This document shows positions 29,867-39,584 of a DNA stretch of 48,892 nt, in pieces. Origin of the DNA: Thermodesulfobacteriota bacterium (GTDB lineage: Bacteria > Desulfobacterota > Desulfomonilia > UBA1062); contig JALOOZ010000001.1 in the NCBI GenBank assembly GCA_025454155.1, positions 1-48,892 on the forward strand, written 5' to 3'. The stretch's first letter is position 1. Every line of letters starts with the position of its first letter. The notes below the pieces were generated by a model that was not told the DNA's origin, searched no databases, and saw nothing but the letters and a program-made list of their open reading frames with translations. The translations under genes and the position numbers were made by a program.

Positions 29867-31069
29867 TCACTGTTGCTGGAAGCTGATTTTCAACCTGTAC
29901 TTGTTGAAGAGGGCAACCTGCCGGAAATCATCGTAGTCGCTCCAGGAAGACCCGCCCGTGTTGCTCTTGGCCCATGCGTCAGACTGGCTGAGGGGATAAC
30001 TGCCAATAGCGATAATGTAGGTGCCGGGATTGATATCCATGGACAGGTAGGGGCTCTGCCCGGTCCGTGTAGAATGCCCTCCCGGCGCGCAGTCGCCATC
30101 ATCATCACATGAAGGATATGAACCTGTGCTGCTGCCGACACAGGTCCCGGCCTGGTTGAACAGATACATGTTCGCCTTGAGCTTGTTGTTGGAAGCGCCG
30201 TCACTGAAAAGGTCCGTGGGGATGGTCACCTTGTTTCCGCACCCCTCCCATGCATCCACATCGATCACAATGCGCCCGGCCTTGGTGATGGACATTACGA
30301 TATGATCAACTTCGGAGCTGCTAACTATTGATCCTGACAAGGGATTATTGAAGGATATGACAGGCTTGGTTCCCCCGCCGGTGTCGTTCACCGTAACAAC
30401 CACCGAGTCACTGCTCGAATCGCCGTTCTGATCCGTCACCCTGAAGACCACGGTATACACCCCTGTGGTCGCGAATGTCACGGCACCGGGATTGAGTACG
30501 GTCTGATTACCAGCACCCCCTCCAAAGTCCCACATGTACACGAAGGGAGTATCCCCGCTGGAGACCGACCCGGAAAAGTTCACAGATTCGCCCCTGAGGA
30601 CAGTGACGGCACTGGGGGATGGTGCAGTGATCGTGGCCGCCGGTATGGTGTTTCCGCCACCCGAGGTTTTCATGCCGCCTGCATGGCAGCCCTCACAGGA
30701 CAGCCCCGGGTTCTCCCCTTTTGTCTCGTGGCAGTTGTGGCACTGGGTCATGATGCAGCCATGCTGTTCCACAGGGTCACAGAGCTTTTCCACATCTGAG
30801 CCGGCCGTATGGCACGACCTGCAGTACCAGTGGGTCTGCCCGGCAATGGTCTGATGATCGTGGCACTTGATGCACATACCGTTGAAACGGGCCGAATGCT
30901 GCTCATGATTGAACTTGACATCCGACCAGGTCACGCAGCTGAACGTGACCACCCTGGAAGATTCCGGGATCACGGCCTGCTCTCCGGGGCGGTTGCTTGA
31001 AACGTCACATTGAATAAGAACAGGCGAGAGGAAGAAAACGAGGACTATGCCGGCGAACGTTCCTTTCAT
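29867..31069 (-). CDS. Exported tetraheme class III (c3-like) cytochrome fused to a PKD domain and a C-terminal beta-sandwich domain
   Basis: FNHEQH plus four CxxCH (CIKCH, CRSCH, CHNCH, CEGCH); PKD motif WDFGGG..GVYTVVFRV. N-terminal signal with a possible lipobox VLIQC. RBS AGGAGG. Confidence 0.8.
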   Translation of the reverse strand: MKGTFAGIVLVFFLSPVLIQCDVSSNRPGEQAVIPESSRVVTFSCVTWSDVKFNHEQHSARFNGMCIKCHDHQTIAGQTHWYCRSCHTAGSDVEKLCDPVEQHGCIMTQCHNCHETKGENPGLSCEGCHAGGMKTSGGGNTIPAATITAPSPSAVTVLRGESVNFSGSVSSGDTPFVYMWDFGGGAGNQTVLNPGAVTFATTGVYTVVFRVTDQNGDSSSDSVVVTVNDTGGGTKPVISFNNPLSGSIVSSSEVDHIVMSITKAGRIVIDVDAWEGCGNKVTIPTDLFSDGASNNKLKANMYLFNQAGTCVGSSTGSYPSCDDDGDCAPGGHSTRTGQSPYLSMDINPGTYIIAIGSYPLSQSDAWAKSNTGGSSWSDYDDFRQVALFNKYRLKISFQQQ

Positions 31070-31281
31070 GACTCCCTCCTGATGGGCCACGTATTCTGGC
31101 GATGAGGCCTGTGAACATGGCTCGTTGATACATAAAAAGAAACATCCAGTACATTCAAAGGCGCGCTGCGGTCTTTCCCGCTGCAATCAAGCACTTTAGA
31201 AATACAATGATATTCAAGGACCATCAATGATAATTATGACGGAAAACCGTTGAGGCAGGGCATCGAATACCCATGACGTTC

Positions 31282-31311
31282 AAAAGGGGAGGCCTCGAAC
31301 AGCCCCCCCTT
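31282..31311 (-). terminator. Rho-independent terminator after the hsp20 cluster
   Basis: The minus strand reads AAGGGGGGGC-TGTTCGAG-GCCTCCCCTTTT, a GC stem followed by a T-run. Confidence 0.6.
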
Positions 31312-31342
31312 CGATCGCCACAGTCCCTGTAAGAAACCGCAC

Positions 31343-31846
31343 TCAGTCGGCCTTGATCCTGATCTTTTTCTGCGACTGCTTCTCCCTCTCAAGCTTGGGC
31401 AGGGTGATGGTGAGGATGCCTTTCTTGAAGGACGCCTCGGCCTTCTCGGTGTTCACCTCCTTGGGGATGGGGAGCACCCTGGTGAAGGTCCCGTAGGAGC
31501 GCTCCATATAGTAGGCCTCCTTGTCCTTCTGCTCGGTCTCTCCCTTCTTCTCACCCTTGATGGTCAGGGAATCCTTGCTCAGGCTGATCTCGATGTCCTT
31601 CTCGTCCATGCCGGGCAGTTCGGCGCTCACGGTGATGGACTTTTCGTCCTCGGTCATGTTCACCTGTGGATTGAAGGCACCCAGCGACCCCATCTCTTCG
31701 GTCCATGGCCGCAGCCCGGCACCCTTGAAAAAGTCATCGAACAGCCTGTTCATCTCCCGCTGGAACACATCCAGGGGATGCGCCTCATACTCACGGTCGG
31801 CAGGCAGATTCCTGCGCGTCCAACGGAACGGTGTCAGGTATTTCAT
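31343..31846 (-). CDS. Small heat shock protein Hsp20
   Basis: AELPGMDEKDI, ERSYGTFTR and FKKGILTITLPK. Confidence 0.95.
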   Translation of the reverse strand: MKYLTPFRWTRRNLPADREYEAHPLDVFQREMNRLFDDFFKGAGLRPWTEEMGSLGAFNPQVNMTEDEKSITVSAELPGMDEKDIEISLSKDSLTIKGEKKGETEQKDKEAYYMERSYGTFTRVLPIPKEVNTEKAEASFKKGILTITLPKLEREKQSQKKIRIKAD

Positions 31847-31878
31847 GGTTTTCCCCTCCTTTGTGCTTCTCTCTGTCC

Positions 31879-32283
31879 TTATCCTGCCTTGATCGGTATG
31901 CTCCTGGTCTTGACCGCCTCTGCCTTGGGCAGCACGATGCTGAGCACGCCGTTTTTCATCTTTGCCTCGATCCTGTCCCTCTCGAACGCCTCGTTCAGCG
32001 TGAAGGCCCGGTGGTAGTCGCCGATGCCGTACTCCGAGTAGGTCGTACTGTGCTTGTCGAAGGACACCTCGCCGACCTGCGCTTCGATGGTGAGCACATC
32101 GTTTTCCAGGGAGATGTTCACCCCCTTGTCATCGGCGCCGGGCATGTCCGCATAGATGTACAGGTTGTTGGCATCTTCGAGGATGTCCACTGCCGGTGTG
32201 AAGACGACCCGGTCCTTGGTCCTCTCGGCGACCGAGGTATCCGGGACCTGGGTCTTTTCCAAATTTTTTTTCGTCTCTGCCAT
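31879..32283 (-). CDS. Small heat shock protein Hsp20
   Basis: PAVDILED, ADMPG and MKNGVLSIVLPK. Confidence 0.93.
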   Translation of the reverse strand: MAETKKNLEKTQVPDTSVAERTKDRVVFTPAVDILEDANNLYIYADMPGADDKGVNISLENDVLTIEAQVGEVSFDKHSTTYSEYGIGDYHRAFTLNEAFERDRIEAKMKNGVLSIVLPKAEAVKTRSIPIKAG

Positions 32284-32301
32284 GATCACTCACCTCCTGT
32301 A

Positions 32302-32748
32302 TTAATTTCCAGGCGTCACGCTTATCTTCCTTGGCTTGTCAGCCTCTGCCCGGGGAAGCACGATCCTGAGCACGCCGTTGACATACTCGGCCTGGACCTT
32401 TCCGGCATCGACATTGAAGGGCAGCTGCACGGTCCTGAAGAAGTCACCTGATCCGCGTTCCCGGCGGTGCCATGTCTCACCCTCCTTGACCTCGTGGGGC
32501 TTCCTCGTGCCCTTGATGGACAGCGTATCGCCAGTGACCGTGAGCTCGACATCCGCGGGGTCAATACCCGGGATCTCAGAGGTTATGATCACATCCTCGT
32601 CGCCGGAATGGATGTTCAACGGCGGGAAGTTCGCCACACGCCGCGGTTTTGGCAGGGGGAAGATGCTGCTGACCTCCTGCTGCATGCGATCTATCTCCCT
32701 CCATGGGTCCCATCTCCAACTCGGTCTTGCTATGGTAATCATATCCAT
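32302..32748 (-). CDS. Small heat shock protein Hsp20
   Basis: FPPLNI, EIPGID, RRERGSGDFFR and YVNGVLRIVLPR. Confidence 0.93.
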   Translation of the reverse strand: MDMITIARPSWRWDPWREIDRMQQEVSSIFPLPKPRRVANFPPLNIHSGDEDVIITSEIPGIDPADVELTVTGDTLSIKGTRKPHEVKEGETWHRRERGSGDFFRTVQLPFNVDAGKVQAEYVNGVLRIVLPRAEADKPRKISVTPGN

Positions 32749-32787
32749 TTCCCTCCTGACATAGGTTGGATGCTTTTTTCACACGTT

Positions 32788-32817
32788 TATTAGGGACACT
32801 TTTTAAGATTTCAAGGG
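32788..32817 (-). promoter_or_regulatory. Sigma32 (RpoH)-type promoter of the hsp20 operon
   Basis: The minus strand reads CCCTTGAAA-13 bp-CCCTAATA, close to the consensus CTTGAA-N13/14-CCCCATNT. Confidence 0.65.
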
Positions 32818-33113
32818 GGGGTAGAACAGTGCATGAAAGAAACATTATTTCATCAATCAATGAATGATACCATGATATTACATGTTGCGCTTCATGCTCC
32901 CGAACTGGGATTTTCAGCAGGCCCATGAAATGAGTCAAGGGCATCCCGTTCCTGAGTGAACAGCCATTCGCCGTGAATAGTTGCTTAAAAATCAGACTGT
33001 TTTAAATATCGAATCCGCAGCACCTTTGCCAGAACACGAAAAACGCTCTGTACAGCGCCCCTTTTTGATGTTACATAACCACGAATCCCGAAGAGAAGAG
33101 TATCAGAAAGGCC

Positions 33114-33326
33114 ATGGCAGCAAAGGGAAAGATAACCATAGATCAAGGGTTGTGCAAGAGTTGTGAGCTGTGCATTACCGTTTGTCCTGAAAAGGCAATC
33201 CGCATAGCAGAAACCTTCAACCACCGCGGCTACCATCCTGCGGAGTTCGTGCTCGAGACCTGCAGGGGGTGCTCGCTGTGCGCCGTGATGTGCCCCGAGG
33301 TCGCCATCGAGGTGGAGCGTGGATAA
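33114..33326 (+). CDS. 2-oxoacid:ferredoxin oxidoreductase delta subunit (2x[4Fe-4S])
   Basis: CKSCELCITVCP and CRGCSLCAVMCPEVAI. First gene of a Vor-type operon. Confidence 0.9.
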   Translation: MAAKGKITIDQGLCKSCELCITVCPEKAIRIAETFNHRGYHPAEFVLETCRGCSLCAVMCPEVAIEVERG

Positions 33327-34389
33327 GCCCGAAAAGACCATGATGAAGGGCACCGACGCCATCGGTGAGGCAGCGATACAGGCCGGGTGCCGGTGCTACT
33401 TCGGCTACCCCATCACCCCGCAGAACGAGATCCCCGAATACATGTCCAGACGCATGGACGAGGTGGGCGGCGTCTTCCTGCAGGGAGAGAGCGAGATCGC
33501 ATCCATCAACATGGTGCTGGGTGCAGCGGCTGCAGGGGTGCGGGCCATGACGAGCTCCTCGTCCCCGGGCATCAGCCTCAAGCAGGAAGGGCTCTCCTTC
33601 CTCGCCTCCCTGGAGCTCCCGGCGGTCATCGTCAACATCAACCGGGGCGGACCTGGCCTGGGCAACATCGCTCCCAGCCAGGGCGACTACTACCAGGCCA
33701 CCCGGGGCGGCGGGCACGGCGACTACCGCATGCCGGTCTATGCCCCTGCGTCGGTCCAGGAGCTCTACGACATCACCATGAAGTCCTTCGACATCGCCGA
33801 CCTGTACCGCACACCGGTCATGATCCTGGGCGACGGCATGATGGGCCAGATCGTGGAGCCCATCGTCATGCATGCCAGGCCCGAGGTGGATCTCCCGCCC
33901 AAGGATTATATCCTGGACGGCGCCGAGGGGAGGCCGTCACGCATCGTCAAGTCCCTGATCCTGGACGTGCGCCTCATGGAGGAGCACAACTGGAAGCTCA
34001 AGCGGAAATATGACCTCATGAGAAACGAGCTCCCCATGCACGAGGAGTTCATGACCGAGGACGCCAAGATGGTCGTGGTCGCCTACGGCACGGCCGCCAG
34101 GATCGCCAAGGGCGCGGTGAATCGCGTCAGGAGCAATGGCCTGAAGGTGGGGCTCATACGGCCCATCACCCTGTGGCCGTTCCCGGACGAGGCCATTGCG
34201 GGCATCACCAAGAGGGCAAAGGTGATCCTGGTCTTCGAGATGAGCACCGGCCAGATGATCGACGACGTGCGCCTCGCCACCCAGGGAAAGGTGGAGTGCG
34301 AGTTCTACGGCAGGCCGGGCGGGGTTGTCGCTGCACCTCAGGAGATCGCCAGGATCATCGAGCGGCACTGGCTGCAGAAGGAGCTGTGA
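33319..34389 (+). CDS. vorB: 2-oxoacid:ferredoxin oxidoreductase alpha-type subunit (VorB-like)
   Basis: YFGYPITPQNE, QGESEIASINM, TSSSSPGISLKQE and RGGPGLGNIAPSQGDY. Confidence 0.85.
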   Translation: MDKPEKTMMKGTDAIGEAAIQAGCRCYFGYPITPQNEIPEYMSRRMDEVGGVFLQGESEIASINMVLGAAAAGVRAMTSSSSPGISLKQEGLSFLASLELPAVIVNINRGGPGLGNIAPSQGDYYQATRGGGHGDYRMPVYAPASVQELYDITMKSFDIADLYRTPVMILGDGMMGQIVEPIVMHARPEVDLPPKDYILDGAEGRPSRIVKSLILDVRLMEEHNWKLKRKYDLMRNELPMHEEFMTEDAKMVVVAYGTAARIAKGAVNRVRSNGLKVGLIRPITLWPFPDEAIAGITKRAKVILVFEMSTGQMIDDVRLATQGKVECEFYGRPGGVVAAPQEIARIIERHWLQKEL

Positions 34390-35132
34390 TGAAAAAGGTG
34401 TTCACCAGACCTGAATGCCTGAAGCGAACCCCCTTCCACTACTGCCCGGGGTGCGGGCACTCCATCATCCACCGGCTCGTGGCCGAGCTCATCGACGAGA
34501 TGGGGCTGCGGGGCAAGGCCATCTGCGTCCCACCGGCAGGCTGTGCAGTGCTGGCATACAACTACTTCGACATCGATGTGTGCGAGTCGGCCCACGGCAG
34601 GGGCTGTGCCATCGCCACCGGATTCAAGCGGGCCCTGCCCGACCGCTTCGTGTTCACCTACCAGGGCGACGGCGACATGGCGGCCATAGGCACGGCCGAG
34701 ACAATCCATGCAGCCAACCGGGGCGAGGTCATCACTTCCATCTTCGTGAACAACGCGGTGTACGGCATGACCGGCGGGCAGATGGCCCCCACCACCATGC
34801 TCGGCCAGAAGACCACCACCTCACCCTTTGGAAGACGTTCCAAGGTGGAGGGTTTTCCTCTGCGGATCACGAACCTCATCGCCCAGCTCGACGGGGCAGC
34901 CTATGTGACGCGGACCTCGGTGGCCACGCCGGCCAAGGTCATGGCCACCAAGAAGGCGATAAAGAAGGCCTTCGAGATCCAGCTGCAAGGTCTCGGGTAT
35001 ACCCTGGTCGAGATCCTGTCCCCCTGCCCCACCAACTGGAAAATGACCCCGGTGGAATCCTTCAAGTACCTGGAAGAGCGCATGGAGAAGGAATACCCGC
35101 TGGGGGTTTTCAAGGACATTACGAAGGACTAA
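34389..35132 (+). CDS. 2-oxoacid:ferredoxin oxidoreductase beta (TPP-binding) subunit
   Basis: HYCPGCGH, YQGDGDMAAIG, NNAVYGMTGGQMAPTT and LSPCPTNW. Confidence 0.92.
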   Translation: MKKVFTRPECLKRTPFHYCPGCGHSIIHRLVAELIDEMGLRGKAICVPPAGCAVLAYNYFDIDVCESAHGRGCAIATGFKRALPDRFVFTYQGDGDMAAIGTAETIHAANRGEVITSIFVNNAVYGMTGGQMAPTTMLGQKTTTSPFGRRSKVEGFPLRITNLIAQLDGAAYVTRTSVATPAKVMATKKAIKKAFEIQLQGLGYTLVEILSPCPTNWKMTPVESFKYLEERMEKEYPLGVFKDITKD

Positions 35133-35143
35133 GGAACGCTGAT

Positions 35144-35689
35144 ATGCTTCAGAAGACCATCATGAGCGGCATAGGCGGGCAGGGCATCCTGTTCTCCGGC
35201 CTGTGCCTCGCCTGGACGGCCATGCTCGAGGGTCACCAGGTGACCTATCTCCCGTCCTACGGCGCAGAGATGCGCGGCGGAGTCACCTCGTGCACCATCG
35301 CCATCTCGGACGAGGAGATCGCATCACCTGTGGCATCGTCGCCCGACTATCTGGTCATCATGGACAATGAATCGCTCCTGCGTCTCCAGAACCTGGGTGC
35401 ATCGGGGGGAGAGATCTTCATCAACACCAGCATCGTCACCGACCGGCCCGGCCGCGGAGACATCGAACTCGTGGAGATCCCGGTGACAGACATCGCACGC
35501 TCCACCGTGGGCGAGCAGTATGCCAACATGATCATGCTGGGCGCCTTCGTGAACAGGACCCACCAGGTGAAATTCTCCTCCATGGTCGACAATATGGACA
35601 TCATCCTTGGCAAGGGAAAGGCCAAGTTCAGGGACAAGAACATCGAGGCCCTCAAGATCGGGTATGAATATTTTCTGAAGGAGAAGTAG
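35144..35689 (+). CDS. 2-oxoacid:ferredoxin oxidoreductase gamma subunit
   Basis: SGIGGQGIL, PSYGAEMRGG and ANMIMLGA. Confidence 0.92.
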   Translation: MLQKTIMSGIGGQGILFSGLCLAWTAMLEGHQVTYLPSYGAEMRGGVTSCTIAISDEEIASPVASSPDYLVIMDNESLLRLQNLGASGGEIFINTSIVTDRPGRGDIELVEIPVTDIARSTVGEQYANMIMLGAFVNRTHQVKFSSMVDNMDIILGKGKAKFRDKNIEALKIGYEYFLKEK

Positions 35690-35692
35690 GCC

Positions 35693-36121
35693 ATGCCTGT
35701 CAAACAGTTTCGGCTCCAGTCAGCGAACGTTTCCGGAAAGCTCTCGTACCTCTCTGACGTTCTGGCCAAGCACGGCGTGAATATCCGGGCCATCTCGGTG
35801 GGCCTCGAATCCCAGGAAGTATCCTCCATCTGTGTCGTGGTGGACGACCCGAAGAAGGCAAAGAATGCCTTTGCCGCAGAGAATGTCGAGTATCAGGAGA
35901 CCGAGGTGCTGGCCGTGGAGATGCCCGATCATCCCGGCGGCATGAATGCGGTGCTCAAGCCCCTGCGCGACGCTAAGATCAACGCCATCACCATGTACCC
36001 CTACATCGGCAGGGCCAACAACCCCATCATCATCATGGAGGTGGACAACCTCAAGGTGGCCACCGACGTGCTCAAGCGCAACTGGGTCAAGCTCTGGGAC
36101 AAGGACCTGTACCGGCTCTAG
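35693..36121 (+). CDS. ACT-domain pair protein
   Basis: GKL..LAKHGVNIRAI, VVDDPKKA and VLAVEMPDHPGGM. Confidence 0.85.
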   Translation: MPVKQFRLQSANVSGKLSYLSDVLAKHGVNIRAISVGLESQEVSSICVVVDDPKKAKNAFAAENVEYQETEVLAVEMPDHPGGMNAVLKPLRDAKINAITMYPYIGRANNPIIIMEVDNLKVATDVLKRNWVKLWDKDLYRL

Positions 36122-36182
36122 ACAGGGACATCAACAGACCAGGAATGCATCCACCCGTTATGGCGGAGTCGGCCCCCCTTTC

Positions 36183-36857
36183 TCACCCCACTTCCCGGCG
36201 CTGCCTTCCGGCAAGCTCTCTCATGGCGATGACGCCCACCTTCACAATGGTGTCATAGGCATCCCATGCCGACATGACTATACCGAACCCTGCAGGCAGG
36301 AGGCGTGCCTTCCGCCTGAAGGGGAGGACCCTCCGGAAGATGGCCTTGACCCACCTGTTCACCCCTTTGCTCACATACTTCTGAGGCAGGAGCCTTGTCA
36401 TGAAGCCCTTGGCGACCTGCCCCGAATCACGTTCGGACCCTGGTGGCCTGAGGCCATAGGCCTCCCCGAGGATGAGGATGGAGATTTCTTCCATTTCGCG
36501 GTGGTCTTCCGGATCAAGTCCATAAAGGACGCTCAACGTGAGGATCAGCGTGACACCCTGGTCCAGGGTGAAGAAGTCCTCCACGCTGATGAGTACCCAG
36601 GAGATGATGGTGCCGATGCCCGGCACCGCTGACGGCAGGTTGATGAAGGCGTTGCGGATCGCCTGGCCCTGCGCCAGGTCCTCGATGAGATCCTGAACGG
36701 CGATCTGCCTTCCAACGGCATGCAGCTCGTCCCGCACCTGTCCGGCCAGGACCCGCGCACGTCTCACGTTGCCCCGGAGAAGACTCCTGATGAGGCTGCG
36801 GAACCGTTCGCTGATGGCACCCACGATATCTGTTCCGGCGGGGATCTTCTCACTCAT
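36183..36857 (-). CDS. Hypothetical protein (EcsC-like)
   Basis: 224 aa ORF with LPSAVPGIGT, YGLDP and LPAGFGIVMSAW motifs reminiscent of EcsC. Confidence 0.55.
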   Translation of the reverse strand: MSEKIPAGTDIVGAISERFRSLIRSLLRGNVRRARVLAGQVRDELHAVGRQIAVQDLIEDLAQGQAIRNAFINLPSAVPGIGTIISWVLISVEDFFTLDQGVTLILTLSVLYGLDPEDHREMEEISILILGEAYGLRPPGSERDSGQVAKGFMTRLLPQKYVSKGVNRWVKAIFRRVLPFRRKARLLPAGFGIVMSAWDAYDTIVKVGVIAMRELAGRQRREVG

Positions 36858-37053
36858 ACGGTGCGCCTGTTGGAGCTGTTTTTCTATAAGTCATATACAA
36901 TATCAACCTGTTATGGTATGTACCGGGATATACAATGGTTTGTAAAGGGGTCATTATTGACAACCTGGCAATTTTCCCATACATGTTCATTTTCTTTCTG
37001 GGCAAAGACGCATCCCCCCGATGCACGATATATCATACAAGGAGGAAATACCC

Positions 37054-38235
37054 ATGGGTATTCAGTCCATCAAGGACCTGGACCTGAACCGGAAAAGGGT
37101 TTTGATCAGAGTGGACTTCAACGTGCCGCTCGACGAGAACAGCGCCATCACCGATGACGCCCGCATCAAGGCTGCCCTGCCGACGATCCAGCATGCAATC
37201 AGCAAGGGAGGGAAGGTCATCCTCATGTCGCACCTGGGCAGGCCCAAGAAGGCGGACAAGAAATTGAGCCTGATCCCCGTGGCCAGGAGGCTTTCCGAGC
37301 TGCTCGGAACCAGCGTGAACATGGCGCCGGACTGCGTCGGTGAAAAGGTTAAGGCCATGGTGGATAGGCTATCCCCCGGCGATGTCCTCCTGCTGGAGAA
37401 TCTGCGGTTTCACCCGGAAGAAGAGAAGAACAACCCCGAGTTCGCCAAGGAACTTGCATCGCTGGGCGACGTGTACGTGGACGACGCCTTTGCCACGGCC
37501 CACCGGGCCCATGCTTCCACCGCCGGCTTGTGCGCCTACATGAAGGAGTCGGCGGCGGGCTTCCTGCTCATGAAAGAGGTGGAGTACATCAACAAGGCCC
37601 TGAAGAATCCTTCCCGGCCCTTTGCGGCGGTAATGGGGGGGGCCAAGGTCTCTGACAAGCTGGAGCTCGTGGAAAACCTCCTGGACAAGGCGGACAAGAT
37701 CATCATCGGAGGGGGCATGGCCTTCACCTTCGTGAAGGCGCTGGGTCAGGGGATCGGCAAGTCCCTGGTGGAGGAGGATCTCCTCGACACGGCCCGTTCC
37801 ATCATGGAGAAGGCCAAGGCCAAGGGGGTGAAGCTCTACCTGCCCGTTGACTGCGTGTGCTCGACAGGGCCCAAGGACGGAATGCGGGCCACGCTCAAAA
37901 CCATTCAGGAAATTCCTTCGGATCTCATGGGCCTCGACATAGGTCCCGCGAGTTCTCAGCTGTTCTCCATCGCGCTGGGAGACTGCGGCACCATTGTATG
38001 GAATGGCCCCATGGGGGTCTTCGAGGTGAAGGAATTCGCAGGAGGGACCCTGGCCGTGGCCAAGGCCGTGGCTTCATCCCAGGGCTTGACCATCGTGGGC
38101 GGTGGTGATACAGATGCTGCACTCCATAAAACCGGGCTCACAGACAAGGTGAGCTTCGTGTCAACGGCGGGAGGCGCCTTCCTCGAGATGCTCGGCGGCA
38201 GGGTTCTTCCCGGTGTTGCGGTGCTGGAGAAGTAG
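37054..38235 (+). CDS. pgk: Phosphoglycerate kinase
   Basis: RVDFNVPL, SHLGRP, LLENLRF, GGAKVSDK and WNGPMGVFE. Confidence 0.98.
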   Translation: MGIQSIKDLDLNRKRVLIRVDFNVPLDENSAITDDARIKAALPTIQHAISKGGKVILMSHLGRPKKADKKLSLIPVARRLSELLGTSVNMAPDCVGEKVKAMVDRLSPGDVLLLENLRFHPEEEKNNPEFAKELASLGDVYVDDAFATAHRAHASTAGLCAYMKESAAGFLLMKEVEYINKALKNPSRPFAAVMGGAKVSDKLELVENLLDKADKIIIGGGMAFTFVKALGQGIGKSLVEEDLLDTARSIMEKAKAKGVKLYLPVDCVCSTGPKDGMRATLKTIQEIPSDLMGLDIGPASSQLFSIALGDCGTIVWNGPMGVFEVKEFAGGTLAVAKAVASSQGLTIVGGGDTDAALHKTGLTDKVSFVSTAGGAFLEMLGGRVLPGVAVLEK

Positions 38236-38244
38236 GCGGGAACC

Positions 38245-39000
<756 letters not shown>

Positions 39001-39004
39001 GAAC

Positions 39005-39388
39005 ATGATGTACAATCTCATACTGGTCATTCACATTCTCGTATGCATCGGCCTCATCATCGCGGTTCTCCTGCAGGCCGGCAAAGGCGCGGACATCGGT
39101 GCCGTCTTCGGTGGGGCAGGAAGCCAGGCACTTTTCGGCAGCACGGGTCCGGTGGACTTCATAAAGAAGGCCACGCTCGTCATGGTCGTAGTGTTCATGC
39201 TCACCTCCCTGACATTGGGGTTCTTCAACCTCGAAAGGCCCACCAAGAGCATCATGTCATCCGCACCCGCACCGGCCCAGACAGTCCCTGGAGCACCAGC
39301 AGGCCAGGGCGCTCCACCGGTTACCGCAGCGCCTTCCGCGCCCGCGGTTCCCGTACAGCCGGCCGCTCCTGTGACCCCCGCGCAATAA
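39005..39388 (+). CDS. secG: Preprotein translocase subunit SecG
   Basis: VLLQAGKGADIGAVFGGAGSQALFGS. Follows tpiA. Confidence 0.95.
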   Translation: MMYNLILVIHILVCIGLIIAVLLQAGKGADIGAVFGGAGSQALFGSTGPVDFIKKATLVMVVVFMLTSLTLGFFNLERPTKSIMSSAPAPAQTVPGAPAGQGAPPVTAAPSAPAVPVQPAAPVTPAQ

Positions 39389-39584
39389 ACAGTCAGGGGA
39401 ACGGCGCAGAGGGGGATCTTCTGCCTCCCGGAGACGATCACCTTCACGTGATAAAAGGTGATGTTGACCGGTTCCGGGAGATCACCTGTTGCTCTCCATT
39501 CCCTTGACCTGAAGTTTGACAGTACACCCGCGTTAATGGTAGCTCTAGGTCCTGAAAATTGATCCTATCAGCAGGAGAAGAATC

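Noticed and set aside
36901-36913. IHF consensus match TATCAACCTGTTA upstream of pgk
   Set aside because: A short degenerate motif in AT-rich DNA with no sigma54 promoter found nearby, so it cannot be supported.
39389-39584. Possible tRNA or ncRNA after secG (short inverted repeats such as ATCACCTT/AAGGTGAT)
   Set aside because: No cloverleaf, T-loop or CCA end is recognisable, and the stems are too short to call.
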